From positions 51,524,001 through 51,588,000 of the forward strand of contig NC_086097.1 in the NCBI RefSeq assembly GCF_963921235.1: 64,000 bases of DNA, read 5' to 3'. Positions 1-14,927 of the stretch are shown here, in pieces; within the stretch, counting starts at the first letter, position 1, and each line of letters begins with the position of its first letter. Source of the DNA: Mobula hypostoma. Lineage: Eukaryota. The translations under genes and the position numbers were made by a program. The notes under the pieces were generated by a model. It had not been told where the DNA came from and made no database searches. It was given only the letters and a program-made list of their open reading frames with translations.

Positions 1-894
1 TCGATGGGTTAAGTACATCTTTCTATGCCGTCGTGACTCTGGAATTTTCAATCGAATTTTAAAACTATCATCACAGCTAGAAATGGTGTCAATAACTATG
101 AATTTTCATGAGATGTTAAAACTAGCTTATTAGCATTTCTGGTGAATGCTTCATTTTGTGATAGTTTTGCTCTTGTTGTATTTAACATTGTCAAATAACA
201 TCCTCATTAGCTCCAAAATTTGCTCACAGCCCGTCTGCCGAATCTGTATGGATTACCTGTCTTCCAATGTCATGTGATTATATCATTATGGATGTAAGGC
301 TCAGGATTAATGGACTGTGCAGCAGAGGTTACAAAGGTCACATTGGGTAAGTGCACAATACGGCAATTTAGTCATTGTTGAACTAACGGCAATAGATGAT
401 GCATGCAATGTGTAATTGTGAGTGTATCCTCGAAATGAGCTTTGCAGTTTTGCCTAAATCAATGTAACAGCAGAGATCATTCTCCTTTCACACTTACAGA
501 GAACATGGGCAAAAAAGAAGATAACATTAAGAGATATGTCCTCAATGAGCACTGACTTGCAGATTTCAATATGAAAGGGAGATGCAGTAAAGTCACACAG
601 ACTGCTTCTTTTGGTATCCCCTGTAATGTGGCAAAAGCTTATTTCCACTCTTTGAAACTGATACTGTTGCAAGCCTTTGTAGAGTATTTAAAAAAGACTT
701 TGAAAAAATGTAATGAATTGGTCGCATCCTTTTTAGCCATATTGTTGAATGTATCTTGAGATAAAGCCATTGAATGCATTTGGTGCTTGAAGGATGCAAC
801 CCTAGTCGACGAGCACAGATTAAAAATGTGGTGTAAAAGTTTTCAAAAATATGTTTCTTTGTGAACTGTGAAGAATTGAAGTGTAACTCTTTCA

Positions 895-1205
895 TGAAAG
901 GGTACATCGTCCAGTTGTAAACTAAGATTATCAACGTTGTTCCAAAGAGCGCTATGAGGTTATTCTCACCCTCGGCCATTAGGTTCTATAATGAGGCAAT
1001 CTATAATCGGGGAAGTTATGACTCCCTCCTGTCAGACTGTTATTAACATCTGCTTACCAGAACTCTGGTTAAGCTCTGTTTTATTTTTAAGGTAACTTAT
1101 TTTTATTCTTTCTTACTTCTCTCCTAATATTTGTATATCTGTGCACTTGTATTGCTACTGTGACACTGTAATTTCCTTTGAGATCAATAAATTATCTGTC
1201 TGTCC
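895..1205 (+). mobile_element. 3' fragment of Rex1/Babar-like LINE
   Basis: Degenerate RT C-terminal coding (...RYEVILTSAIRFYN) followed by 3' UTR ending AATAAA and tctgtctgtc tail. Confidence 0.5.
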
Positions 1206-2196
1206 TACCTGCTGATGAATCTTTAGTCTTTGACTAACGGATAATGTTCTCTTTGTGGCTCTATTTCTCATTTACTTGTCCATGCAGTATGCACATTAGT
1301 CACATTACGAATTAGCACATGCAAGTACGTTTTACAAGATTTAATGTAAATTCTCTGGACCAGATACAGGTGCAGCACCAAAACCTTGCTGCCTCAAGAT
1401 GTCATCATTTGCCATAGATTTCCCCCTTCCTGAGTGTAGGTTCAAAGGAGTGGAATCCACTAAATATTGCCCAAACTATGGGGTACACCTTAGCCATACT
1501 TGAAGGTTTCCATACAAGGAAAGATCCATCATTTTAGTCAGATAATGGAACATGCAGCAGATGATAAAAAAAATTACAACTAAGAGCAAATGAAGATTGT
1601 ATTTGCTTTGATCACTTTGAAGTGAGGAAGAAGAACACTAGAAGGCAAATTATATGCATGTGCCCATATTCCTTTGGAATATGTAGGTGCCTGTACTACT
1701 ATGCTTGTATCCTTTCTATAGACATATGCTGAGACTGATGTAAGGACAGGAATCCTAACACAGATACTCCAGTGGCATATCCCATTTGAATCTTAGTATC
1801 CCTTGTCCCAGGTTGCAACATGGACAAGTCACACTTGCAGAATCGCTGAGTAGAACCAAGAAGGAAGCAGGAATTTGCCTTGTCCTCAGACAGCTGTCAA
1901 ACAATATTGTCTTGGCAGAAGTTGGGTACCACAGATACTGAAGAATAAATGTGAGTTCATTGTAACACACTGACCTGTCCAGCGGGTTTGGGAAGAAATA
2001 TCCCTCATGTTTCAGAGGAATTCTGAAGTACCACAAAAGTGCAATATACATTCACTGAACTTTTAGAAAGGTTGCAGAACAGCTGATGATCTCAACCCAC
2101 ATGGAGGAAAGGAGGTCGCTTTTTCTTAATCTGGGCATTAGAAAGATCCTCGCCAGGCATGGTGATTGGTGCTCTGCCTGAAGATACAACACAGAA

Positions 2197-2720
2197 TATA
2201 GATCAGTACAGGACTGAACAGGCCATTCTGCCCTCAACGTTGTGCTGATATTGATGCCAGTTTATATTATATGTCCTCTTTCTGTTATCACCCATGTCCC
2301 TCCATTTCCTTCAGTCATGTGTCTAAAAGTCTTTTAACTCCACCAAAATGCTTGCTTCAACTACACCCTTGGTAATCCATTCCAGGTACCTACCATCCTC
2401 TGGGTAAAAAACTTGCCTCTCACATCACATTTAAACTTCCACCCCCTTCCTTCCCTACTAACTTTAAAATCATGTCCTCTGTTTTTGACATTTCTACCCT
2501 GGTGAAAAGATTCTGTCTACCCTATCCATGCCTTTCATACCTGTAAGAATCTCTATTAGGTCTTCTCTCAGGCTCTAAGGCTCTAGGGAGAGCTCTAGGG
2601 AGAATTTGGCCAACTCTTCCTTACAGGTCACACCCACTAATCCAGTTAGCGTCCTGGTAAACTTCTTCTGCATCCTTTCCTGTCACCACATCCTTCCTCT
2701 AATGGAACGACCAGAACCAA
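2197..2720 (-). mobile_element. Degenerate CR1-type LINE 3' end
   Basis: Similar to the CR1 3' ends at 3911 and 13182. Confidence 0.6.
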
Positions 2721-3549
2721 GATGACACCACTATCTTTGGAAAAACTTAGGTTAGGGTATACTGCTCATCAGCAGTGAAATGCAGGAGCATGGTCTTCTT
2801 GAAATCCTTGATCCCTTCTTCTCCCAGTTACATTTGGCCTTTGTCTTCTGGTTTCTCACTTCTAGATCTCACTCAAATTATCACTCTTGTGGTGACCACC
2901 TATGAAATATTAACATGCGATAAGTTCAAGGACAGGTTCTGTCCCACTCTTATAAGGCAATTGAAATTGTTCTCTTGTATATTAAAGATGAACTGTTGAC
3001 CAATTACCGATTTCATCATGGCCTTGCACCTTGTGGTCTGTCTGCAGTGCACTTTCTCTGTAACTGTAATGATATATTCTGCATTTTGTGTTGCTTTTCC
3101 CTTCTAGTACCTCGATGTACTTATGTTGTGAAATGATGTTTGAGTGAATATGGATAGCATGCAAAACAAAGTTTTTCAGTGAATCTTGGTACCGGTGACA
3201 ATAATAAACCAAATACTAAGTGATTATTGCTTGAGGAGCCATTGGAATAGCATATTGTAACTGCTCTGGCAGCCATGGGTCATAGAACACTACAGCTTAG
3301 AAAGAGGCCTAAGCATCCATAAATACATCAAAGTAGTATTAGGGAAAAGCAATACTTAATGCAGAATATAATGTTACAACTATGGACTCCAGGTAGACAA
3401 CAAAGTGTAAGACCACGATGAACTATATTGTGAAGTCGAGTTCATCTTTATCATAATAGTCTTTGATTATCATACCAATGACAGAACTCCAAAGTGATTG
3501 TATGCCAATTATGATACTGCAAAATAGCCCAATGATCACAATTAAAAAC

Positions 3550-3665
3550 GAAGAAGGGTCTTGGTCCAATTCATTTCCATAGATGCTGCCTGGCCTGTTG
3601 AGCTCCTCCAGCATTTTGTGTGTGTTGCTTTGGATTTCCAGCATCTGCAGATTTTCTCATGTGTA
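3550..3665 (+). mobile_element. Penelope-like element 3' terminal fragment
   Basis: gatgctgcctggcctg...ccagcattttgtgtgtgttgc...ccagcatctgcagattttctc, same terminus as the 30181 element. Confidence 0.7.
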
Positions 3666-3910
3666 TAAATACTTACTTGTTTTTACATTTACCATTCATA
3701 ATTTACATCTAATGTTTTGCTAAGATTCATCAAGAAATATGAACCATTATATGATTAACAGGATCTGATAGAAGTTGAAATATCACATGCAATAGTTGGT
3801 CCAAATGGTAGTGTTTCATGAGAAAACTAGAAAATGGATGAATTACTGCTTCATTTGCATTAATAGTCAGATGACTTTTTTTTTCCCCTAAGTTCATCAC
3901 TGTGATGTTT

Positions 3911-5981
3911 AAACATAGAAAACTTACAGCACAATATAGGCCCTTCGGCCCACAATGCTGAGCCGAACATGTACTTACTTAGAAATGACCTAAGGTTATC
4001 CATAGCTCTCTATTTTTCTAAGCTCCATGTACCTATCCAGGAGTCTCTTAAACGACCTATCGTATCCGCCTCTACCACCGTTGCTGGCAACCCATTCCAC
4101 GCACTCACCAGTCTCTGCATAACTAACTTACCCCTGATATCTACTCTGTACCTACTTCCAAACACCTTAAACCTGTGCCCTCTTGTGTTAGCCATTTCAG
4201 CCCTGGGAAAAAGCCTCTGACTATCCACACGATCAATGCCTCTCATCATTTTATACACCTCTATCAGGTCACCTCTCATCCTCTGCCGCTCCAAGGAGAA
4301 AAGGCCGAGTTCACTCAACCTATTCTCATAAGGCATGCTCCCCAATCCAGGCAACATCCTTTTAAATCTTCTCTGCACCCTTTCTATAGTTTCCACATCC
4401 TTCCTGTAGTGAGGTGATCAGAGCTGAGCACAGTACTCCAAGTGGGGCCTGACAATGGTCCTATATAGCTGTAACATTACCTCTCGGCTCTAAAACTCAA
4501 TCCCACAGTTGAGGAAGGCCGATGCCTTCTTAACCACAGAGTCAACCTGTGCAGTAGCTTTGAGTGTCCTATGGACTCGGACCCCAAGATCCCTCTGATC
4601 CTCCAACACTGCCAAGAGTCTTACCATATTATTACTATATTCTGCCATCATATTTGACATACCAAAACGAACCACCTCACACTTGTCTGGGTTGAACTCC
4701 ATCTGCCACTTCTCAGCCCAGTTTTGCATCCTATCGATGTCCCGCTATAACATCTGATAGCCCTTCACACTATCCACAACACCCCTAACCTTCGTGTCAT
4801 CAGCAAATTTACTAACCCATCCCTCCCTCCCTCCACTTTATCATCCAGGTCATTTATAAAAATCACAAAGGGGTCCCAGAGAAGATCCCTGAGGCACACC
4901 ACTGGTCACTGACCTCCATGCAGAATATGACCCATCTACAACCACACTTTGCCTTCTGTGAGCAAGCCAGTTCTGGATCCACAAAGCAAGGTCCCCTTGG
5001 ATCCCATGCCTCCTTACTTTTTCAATAAGCCTTGCATGGGATACCCTATCGAATGCCTTGCTGAAATCCATATACACTACATCTACTACTCTGCCTTCAT
5101 CAATGTTTTTAGTTACATCCTCAAAAATTCAATCAGGCTTGTAATGCATGACCTGCCTTTGACAAAGCCATGCTGACTATTCCTAATCATATTATGCCTC
5201 TCCAAATGTTCATAAATCCTGCCTCTCAGGATCTTTTCCATCAACTTGCCAACCACTGAAGTAAGATTCACTGGCCTATAATTTCCTGGGCTATCTCTAC
5301 ACCCTTTCTTGAATAAAGCAACAACATCTGCAACCCTTCAATCCTCTGGAACCTCTCCTGTCCCCATTGATGATGCAAAAATCATTGCCAGAGGCTCAGC
5401 AATTTCCTCCCTCACCTCCCACAGCAGCCCGGGGTACATCTTGTCCCGTCCCAGAGACATATTCAACTTGATGCTTTCCAAAAGCTCCAGCACATCCTCT
5501 TTCTTAATGTCTATATGCTCAAGATTTTCAATCCACTGTAAGTCATCCCCACAATCACCAAGATCCTTTTCTGTAGTAAATATTGAAGCAAAGTATTCAT
5601 TAAGTATCTCCGTTATCTCATCCAGTTCCATACACATTTTTCCACTGTCACACTTGATTGGTCCTATTCTCTCACGTCCTATTCTCTTGCTTATCCCATA
5701 CTTGTAGAATGCCTTGGGGTTTTCCTTAATCCTGTCTGCCAAGGCCTTCACATGGCCCCTTCTGTCTCTCCTAACTTCATTGTTAAGCTCCTTCCTGCTC
5801 ACCTTATAATCTTCTAGTTCTCTATTGTTACCCAGTTTTTTGAACTTTTCGTAAGCTTTTCTTTCTTTCTTGACTAGATTTACAACAGCCTTTGTACACC
5901 ATGGTTCCTGTACCCTATCATCCTTTCCCTGTCTCACTGGAACGTACCTATGCAGAACGCCACACAAATATCCCCTGAACA
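3911..5981 (-). mobile_element. 5'-truncated CR1-type LINE (RT ORF2 with frameshifts)
   Basis: ORFs 5338..6015, 4850..5077, 4490..4729, 4010..4396: YMDFSKAFD, SGVPQGS, WQMEFNPDKC, RMRGDLIEVYK; ttctatgttt tail. Confidence 0.93.
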
Positions 5982-6941
5982 CCTGATTGAGCCAAGTGTT
6001 AGGCTGCTTGAACATGTATATTTGTCTCCTTCTGTACTGTATGTAGGGCTCTCCTTACCATTTCAAGACAAAATCAGGCAGAATGTGCACTATGCATATT
6101 AGCAGTTGTTCTGCTTTTGCATGACAGACCCCGTCTGGAATATTGCATTCAGATTTAGCAAATGGCTTTGAAAAGGATACAGAGCAACTTAATCAAGGCT
6201 TAGAATGTTACATTTTGAGTACAGGTATATGGGAAAATATACAGGCATAGAGTCATAGAGTGCTACAGCCAGAAACAGGCCCTTCGGGCCATCTAGTCCA
6301 TGCCAAACTGTTATTCTGCCTAGTATCATTGTCCTGCATGCACCATAGCCCACCATACTCCTCTCATCTGTGTACTGATCCAAATTGCTCTTAAATATTG
6401 CATTTGAACCCGCCTCCACCACTTCTGCTGGCAGCTCATGTGGCTTCAACTTGTTTTCAATAATACAAATGTGATACAATTTCAATGAAGGAAGCATTCA
6501 GTGTGATCAGTGTGCAAAGATTGATACCATCTGCACAAGCTCAAACTGGCAAATGCTCTGTGTGCACTAGCATATTGTTTGCATGCATTTTGTGTACTGC
6601 ATGGACCATGATCTTTTATAAACACCTTGACCATGGGATAGATAGAACTTCCAGCCTAAAATACTTACGTAAAGAATGTTTATTTGATTCTGTTAGGTTT
6701 TAATTACTTTTCAGATGTACAAAAGAGGTATTTATTTTTGTTGCTGACCAGAAATGTAATTTAAATGATGCTATGAATTAATAAAGTTTATTCAGCTTCA
6801 TGCCAAAATTGAATGATTAGGAGAATTAATTAATTTTTGAACAGGTAAAATCTTTGAACCCAACAAAACCAATAACTCTTACCAGCAAAAACCAAGCAGC
6901 TGTAGAGATAAATAGAGAAGTAGTATTATAACTTATAAAAG

Positions 6942-9722
6942 TTTATTGGAACAGCAAACAGGAGCAATTTCATCATTATTGATAACAGTAAACAATATAA
7001 TCAGCTTGCTGTATGGTCATGGGCTCATATTACAATATACTACAAATCTAGTAAGCTTGATAAGCACCATGTTGGTCACCAATTTCAACACTGTGAAAAA
7101 TGAGAAATTTATGGTCCAGCCAAATTGCCAAAATACAGACTGTTGTTGCTCCGCAACAGTATTCATGATTTATAATGATAAACTTAGATGAACCAGTAAA
7201 AATGTACTGGGAAGATAAATATTCAGATTATACAGTTATGACCTAATGTATTAAGGATGAACAAATGTTACAGTCAAACCAGATCAAAACACTAAAGTTT
7301 CATGTTTTCCTTTCCTTTTAATTATTCCTGCTTTTAAAAGATATGATGCTACAATCCCATCATCTAAATTCCTCTTCTACTAGATTGGCACAAAAAGGAT
7401 TTTAGCAACTAAACTCATTACACCTTTGTCTCGATGGTCTAGAAATCCTTCAAAATAGTTAATTAGCTGTTTAGAATTCTAACATGCGGCATGCATATGT
7501 TATCAGCACTTTGATACAAGACTTCTGATGTAGAATCAAAATTAAGGTTCTTAAGGTTAAACACAGTGTTGCATTGTCCTTTTAAAATGATGCCTGGTTG
7601 TTTGAATTACCAATAAGTTTGATTTCTATCTTTGTGTTACTTAATAATATTAAGAATTTGTAATTTCCTGAGCAGATGAGTTGCTAAACAGTGTTTTTTT
7701 TTCCCCTCTGAAAACAACTTGCAGTGCAGATTAGCCAGCACTTCGAATATTTAACAATTTCAGCGTTTTGCTGAACATTATGTGAGAGCAATGGCAGCTG
7801 AACAAGGTAGTCAACTTCCAAATATCTATTCCATTGGATCTAAACAACACTTTCAAGTCAACTTAACTTGGAGAATGACCATTCTGAAGCTTGGTACTAT
7901 CTGAACCCACGATTTAAATTATTTGGGCAGAAACATTTAATTTATGCAGAAGAGAGTGCAGGAATGGTCAGCAATGGCAAGTATTCTAATGATAGATTTG
8001 AACAATTCCAGTTGTGTACATGAAGTACTGAAAATCCCATTTGACAGAAATATAATCAATGGTTTATATTATAACCTCTGACAATAGTAACTTTAATTTT
8101 ATTATCTATATTAGTTAACAAATAACAGGCATCTGATCCACATCTAAAATTATTGCTTTAGAAAAATATGTCCAGAAATTTATCTATGGTCAATAATGCT
8201 TAAAGCATAATGTAATAGTATTAGCATTTGTGTGATTTAGTCAACTTCTAAAACTCTGTTCCAGCGGAACCTAAGGCTATACATTCTCCCCTGCCTCTGA
8301 AATTTGAAAAAATGAAACCAAACTTTGGAAGTGGAATGGTGACTATGTGTTCTTTTATAGCACTACCAAATAAGGAATGCATTTCTGGCATGTACTTTTA
8401 AATGGTTAATATATATTAACTTAGATATCACTTACGTATCTATTTAATTGTTTTAAATGGTAGGAAATTCATGTGAGAAACAACTTCCGTAAAAACAGTG
8501 AAAACCTTTGGGCAACAAAACTGAGAGAGCTTAAGAAAGAAAGTATGCTTCTGAAAGGGAAAATCTGAAATTCAATTCAAAGTCAAATTCAAAGGCAGAA
8601 TTTGAGGCAAAGTAAAATTAGGCTTTCATGCTAATAATATATGTATCCGCTTTGTAGCGGACATTTATTTTGTTAGCTAAACCATTCAAGCTACAGTACG
8701 ATGAAAGATTAAAAAAAATAAAATGAGTGTTAGAAATTATAGGAGAAAAACTACACGTTCAACCTACTTGACAAAGCTCTTTAGTCTGTGAAATTTAAAG
8801 GTTTTTAAATAATTGTTCTTCCAAATATCATCTAAGAACAGGTTAAACCAATTCTGAATTGTATTCATCTGCTATCCAAATAATATCTGATTGTCTGAGT
8901 TTCCTTCACTTCAGCAAGTGTATGCTCAATTCTGCATACGTGTAATAATCAAGTCCTTTTTTAAAAATTCCACTCCATCTAACTTGTTAGAGAAACATTT
9001 TTATTATTGGTTCAATATTCTGCAAGCTGTATATACAGAAATATTGAAATAATGATCCCATCAGGTTTAATGTTTTAATACATTAGATTATTTTTTAAAA
9101 TTGGTGTTCAATATCTGTAAGCTAGACTAAAATGTATGAGAATTTCCTGATAAATAGGCACCTAAAGCATTTAACATTGCAATCTGAGCAGGAATTTAAG
9201 TGGCAGTGGACAGATTGTCTGTTGATAATTCAAACAACTGTTTTGGAATGGTGTTAAATAAAGATTCAAAGGCAACAGTACAGGTTAAATCCTGGAGGTT
9301 AATAGCAACTGTGAGTACCTTGCAATGTAATTGCTTGCAAATATAGTATTTTTCCATAATTACACTGCAATGCATTGTTCTTTCTCTTAATTCTTAATTA
9401 CAGTAGCTAAAACTGTGCACAGCAATGAAAGCAGCACAAGAAAAACCATTAAAAATACTTGACATTAAATTACTTTAAGCTTCATCAATGCTTTCACAAT
9501 TTTAGTTAGCACAAAGCATCAAAGTAACCACATGTTCTGGTAACAATCATGTACGTCACAACTGTAATGTACTGAACTATTTTTGGTTTTCTTCTAGTCA
9601 TTAATATCAATAACATACTTGTATCAAGAGATGTCGAATCCTGTAAGAATCTTAGCAGTCTACAGGATTCCTGTCACTTGGATCCCAAGCAAGTTTTTGC
9701 ATAATGACCAGAATTAAGGTGT
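6942..9722 (-). other. TRIM9: Probable long TRIM9 3' UTR (end uncertain)
   Basis: AT-rich ~2.8 kb after the stop with no recognisable TE; minus-strand AATAAA candidates at 9000-9005 and 6942-6947. Confidence 0.4.
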
Positions 9723-9800
9723 TCATGGCTCTCTTGCAGGAGGGGCAGCACCAGCACCAACACCGGAGTGAGGAATTTTCAAACCAGTATGGAGTGTTAC
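9723..9800 (-). CDS. TRIM9: TRIM9 terminal coding exon: VTLHTGLKIPHSGVGAGAAPPAREP*
   Basis: tttctctcag acceptor; conserved VTLHTGL start; TGA at 9725-9723; all nine exons sum to 1326 nt = 441 aa plus stop. Confidence 0.9.
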   Translation of the reverse strand, partial: VTLHTGLKIPHSGVGAGAAPPAREP

Positions 9801-10520
9801 CTGAGAGAAAATGACAAAATGACACATGAAGCATAATTTGCATTATTTTTTAAATACTTCTAATGAACAACCAACACTCATAGAAAAATCACTAATAAAG
9901 TGCATAAGACACATACTTGACCTATGGACTACATACAAATATATACACACACACACATATACATAGTTCAATAAAGAATCCAACCACTCAAGCCAATAGT
10001 GAGATTTATGTCCACAACAGCATTTTCCCACCTTCAGCCTGTGTTTTTTTTTTGCTTAAATGTTGAATAATGTGATTGGTAAATAAAAATTAATGGCAGG
10101 CTAAATTAATGATAGAACAGAAAGCCTACAGGTACACAAATTGAAAAGATGCAAAATCATTGCAACTAACAAAAATATATTTTTCCAACTACATCTCTGG
10201 TTGAATAAACCATAATTTAAAAGCTAGCAGTATATTTTCCAAGTCTTTGCATATAAGGGATACCTGAAATGCCTGTTTGTCTGCTGGAGTTGGAGGCAGT
10301 GGAGCTTTGATTTTCTATTACCTTTCATCTTTTGTGCATATACTGTGCGTATATATATATATATATATAAAAAATATCATTTGTAAAAAAGCATCATGAA
10401 ATTTACAGAAATAATATTTTGCAACTACTACAATCAGGATGGACACTTCAAAATCACCTTATAATTTAACATAACTCTGATAATGGAAGGTTAGATGTCT
10501 AGACAATCCCCAAGTTACAT

Positions 10521-11490
10521 CATGATTTAGACGAAGGGATTAAAAGTAACATTAGCAAATTTGCAGATGACACAAAACTGGGTGGCAGTGTGAAATGTGA
10601 GGAGGATGTTATGAGAATGCAGGGTGACTTGGACAGGTTGGGTGAGTGGGCGGATGCACGGCAGATGCAGTTTAATGTGGATAAATATGAGGTTATCCAC
10701 TTTGGTGGCAAGAACAGGAAGGCAGATTACTATCTGAATGGTGTAAAGTTAGGAAAAGGGGAAGTACAACAAGATCTAGGTGTCCTTGTTCATCAGTCAC
10801 TGAAAGTAAGCATTCAGGTACAGCAGGCAGTGAAGAAAGCTAATGGCATGTTGGCCTTCATAACAAGGGGAGTTGAGTATAGGAGCAAAGAGGTCCTTTT
10901 GCAGTTGTACAGGGCCCTGGTGAGACCACACCTGGAGTATTGTGTACAGTTTTGGTCTCCAAATTTGAGGAAGGACATTCTAGCTATTAAGGGAGTGCAG
11001 CGTAGGTCCACGAGGTTAATTCCCGGGATGGCAGGACTGTTATATGTTGAAAGATTGGAGCGACTGGGGTTGTATACATTGGAATTTAGAAGGATGAGAG
11101 GGGATCTGATTGAAACGTATGAGATTATTAAGGGATTGGACACGCTAGAGGCAGGAAACATATTCCCGATGTTGGGGGAGTCCAGAACCAGATGCCACGG
11201 TTTAAGAATAAGGGGTAGACAATTTAGAATGGAGTTGAGGAAAAACTTTTTCACATAGAGGGTTGTGGTTCTGTGGAATGCTCTGCCTCAGAAGGCAGTG
11301 GAGGCCAATTCTCTGGATTCTTTCAAGAAAGAGTTAGATAGAGCTCTTAAAGATAGCAGTGTGAAGGGATATGGGGAGGAGGCAGGAAAGGGGTACTGAT
11401 TGTGGATGATCAGCCATGATCACAGTGAATGGTGGGGCTGGCTCAAAGGGCTGAATGGCCTACTCCTGCACCCCTTGTCTATTGTCTATT
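10521..11490 (+). mobile_element. 5'-truncated CR1-type LINE
   Basis: KFADDTKLGG then ORF 10590..11258 (MQFNVDK, LVRPHLEYCVQFWSP, RGDLIETY); (attgtct)n tail. Confidence 0.93.
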
Positions 11491-12008
11491 ATCTCCACCA
11501 AACTGTTACGCTGATTATTTGTTAATCCACATTTGCATTGATTTAGCAGTTGCAATAGACATACCCAAATAAATGAAAAGACTTTTCAAAGTTGCCTGTT
11601 TTGGCAGGACTGCATAGCAAATTTGGTTAAAATTATTTTGAATACTGCTAACTTAAAACTGCTTCTCAGTATTTGACAACACGTTTAGTTATTTTAATTT
11701 TCTACACAGATATATAACCTGCCACAAGCCTGGGTGAAATGATAAGGTTTAGGCTGTGAAATTTCTGCACTGTAGCTATTGTTTTGACTCTGATTTGCTT
11801 AATGTGCCCATGAAGAGCCATTTCGCCCTTCTTGTATATTCATTCACTGACATATATGAGCTGGATGCTCTATAAGGTCAGCTATCATTGCCCATTCATA
11901 ACTGCTTCTAGGAAATTGAAATTGATCAACTTTGTGTAGTATTGTTGTCCTTTTAGTGAAAATACTCCAACAGTTCTGTTGTGGAGAGAGTTCTCAGGGT
12001 TTACATCA

Positions 12009-12323
<315 letters not shown>

Positions 12324-13181
12324 TTATACCACATAGAATATACAGGACCAAAATCATTCAGTGAAAATCAGGGCCTCACAACAAAAGCTGATTCCATGTT
12401 TCATCTCATCTGGTCTATTTTTTTATATACCAAATTCTTATCTAAAGCTCCATTATATAAATTTTCCTGCCCAAATTTCTCCATCTCTACCTAACAGGTG
12501 GTTAGGATCATTTGGTAATTCTCAGTTATGAAGAAAATAAACAAAAGCCTAGTTAGTCTTATTTATCTGGTAAAATCAACTGGTTTGATTAGAAACATTG
12601 TTGATGGAAGAGATTCAATAGCTTGGAAGTTTTATGGCAGGTGAAGAAAGTTCTGGAATTCTCATTAAGTTTAAATGTAGCAGCCCAAAACAAAGTTATT
12701 TTGCATAGAAAATGGTTGGTTCTTTTCTCCGTTTGCCAATTTCAGCAGATCAAGATCTAATGGTCTTCTCTTTCTCCTACCTATTCTAGTTGCATGTTTT
12801 TATCTGAGTACATAATTCATTAGCTCAGAGACTTTGAGCAGAACTGAGGACCTACATCAGCACATTTTCTTTTTGCTACTGATGAAGAAATTAAGACAAT
12901 TTGTTGATTTGAACACAATGCATTTAATTTGAAAAAAATTAGTTGCAGTGAACTGAACAATCTTTTCCCAATCCTTTATATTTTTCTTTTACAGACGGCA
13001 AACTCAACATGATAAAGGAAACATGTGGAATTTCTTAATGGAGGGATTGATTTAGCTATTGAAATGATAATTTCCTTGAAAGTCATTACACAGAAAGCTT
13101 CATTTGTCTCTGTGACTTTGTAAAAGACAACCACAAAAAATGAATACCCTCCTTTTGCTTAACTTATGAAAAAAATTAGAA

Positions 13182-14927
13182 ACATAGAAAACATACAGCA
13201 CAGTACAGGCCCTTCAGCCCACAAGGTTGTGCCGAACATATCCCTACCTTAAAACTACCTAGGCTTACTCATAGCCCTCTATTTTTCTAAGCCCCATGTA
13301 CCTATCAAAAAGTCTCTTAAAATACCCTATTGTATCCGCCTCCACCACCGTTGCCGGTAGCCCATTCCACGCACTCACCACTCTCTGCATAAAAAACTTA
13401 CCCCTGACATCTCCACTGTACCTTCTCCCAAGCACCTTAAACCTGTGCCCTCTTGTGGCAGCCATTTCAGCCCTGGGAAAAAGCCTCTGAATATCTACAC
13501 GATCAATGCCTCTCATCATCTTATACACCTCTATCAGGTCACCTTTCATCCTCTGTCGCTCCAAGGAGTAAAGGCCAAGTTCACTCAACCTATTCTCCTA
13601 AGGCATGCTCCCCAACCCAGACAACATCCTTGTAAACCTCCTCTGCACCCTTTCTATGGTTTCCACATCCTTCCTGTAGTAAGGCAACCAGAACTGAGCA
13701 CAGTACTCCAAGTGGGGTCTGATCAGGGTCCTATATAGCTGCAACATTACCTCTCAGCTCCTAAATTCAATTCCACGATTGTTGAAGGCCAATACACTGT
13801 ATGTCTTCTTAACCATGGAGTCGACCTGCACAGCTGCTTTGAGCGTCCTATGGACTCGGACTCCAAGATCCCTCTGATTCTCCACACTGCCAAGAGTCTT
13901 ACCATTAATACTATATTCTGCCATCATACTTGACCTACCAAAATGAACCACTTCACACTTATCTAGGTTGAACTCCATCTGCCACTTCTCAGCCCAGTTT
14001 TGCATCCTATCAATGTCCCACTGTAACCTCTGACAGTCCTCCACACTCTCTACAACACCCCCAACCTTCGTGTCATCAGCAATTTTACTAACCCATCCCT
14101 CCACTTCCTCATCCAGGTCATTTATAAAAATCACGAAGAGTAAGGGTCCCAGAACAGATCCCTGAGGCACACCACTGGTCACCAACCTCCATGCAGAATA
14201 TGACCCATCTACAACCACTCTTTGCCTTCTGTGGGCAAGCTAGTTCTGGATCCACAAAGCAATGTCTCCTTGGATCCCATCCCTCCTTACTTTCTCAATG
14301 AGCCTTGCAGGAGGTACCTTATCAAATGCCTTGCTAAAATCCATATACACTATAACTACTGCTATTCCTTCATCAATGTGTTTAGTGACATCCTCAAAAA
14401 ATTCAATTAGGCTCGTATGGCATGACCTGCCTTTGACAAAGCCATGCTGACTATTCCTAATCATATTATGCCTCTCCAGATGTTCATAAATCCTGCCTCT
14501 CAGGATCTTCTCCATCAACTTGCCAACCACTGAAGTAAGACTCACTGATCTATGATTTCCTGAGCTATCTCTACTCCCTTTCTTGAATAAGAGAACAACA
14601 TCCGCAACCTTCCAATCCTCTGGAACCTCTCCTGTCCCCATTGATGTTGCAAAGATCATCGTCAGAGACTCAGCAATCTCCTCCCTTGCCTCCCACAGTA
14701 GCCTGGGGTACATCTCATCCGGTCCTGGCGACTCGTATCGAACTTGATACTTTCCAAAAGTTCCAGCACATCCTCTTTCTTAATATCTACGTGCCCATGC
14801 TTTTCAGCCCGCTGCAAGTCATCACTACAATCACCAAGATCCTTTTCCATAGTGAATACTTAAGTAAAGTATTCATTAAGTACCTCTGCTATTTCCCGTT
14901 TCCATCCACACTTTCCCATTGTCACAC
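13182..14927 (-). mobile_element. 5'-truncated CR1-type LINE, same family as 3911-5981
   Basis: ORFs 14240..14713, 13754..14218, 13265..13588 (SGVPQGSVLGPLLF, ADDTKVGG); attagaa duplicated at 13175-13181 and 14928-14934. Confidence 0.93.

Noticed and set aside
1..2200. Possible neighbouring gene or conserved element (ORFs 593..979, 1755..2051)
   Set aside because: No recognisable protein motif or consistent splice structure; cannot be supported without alignments
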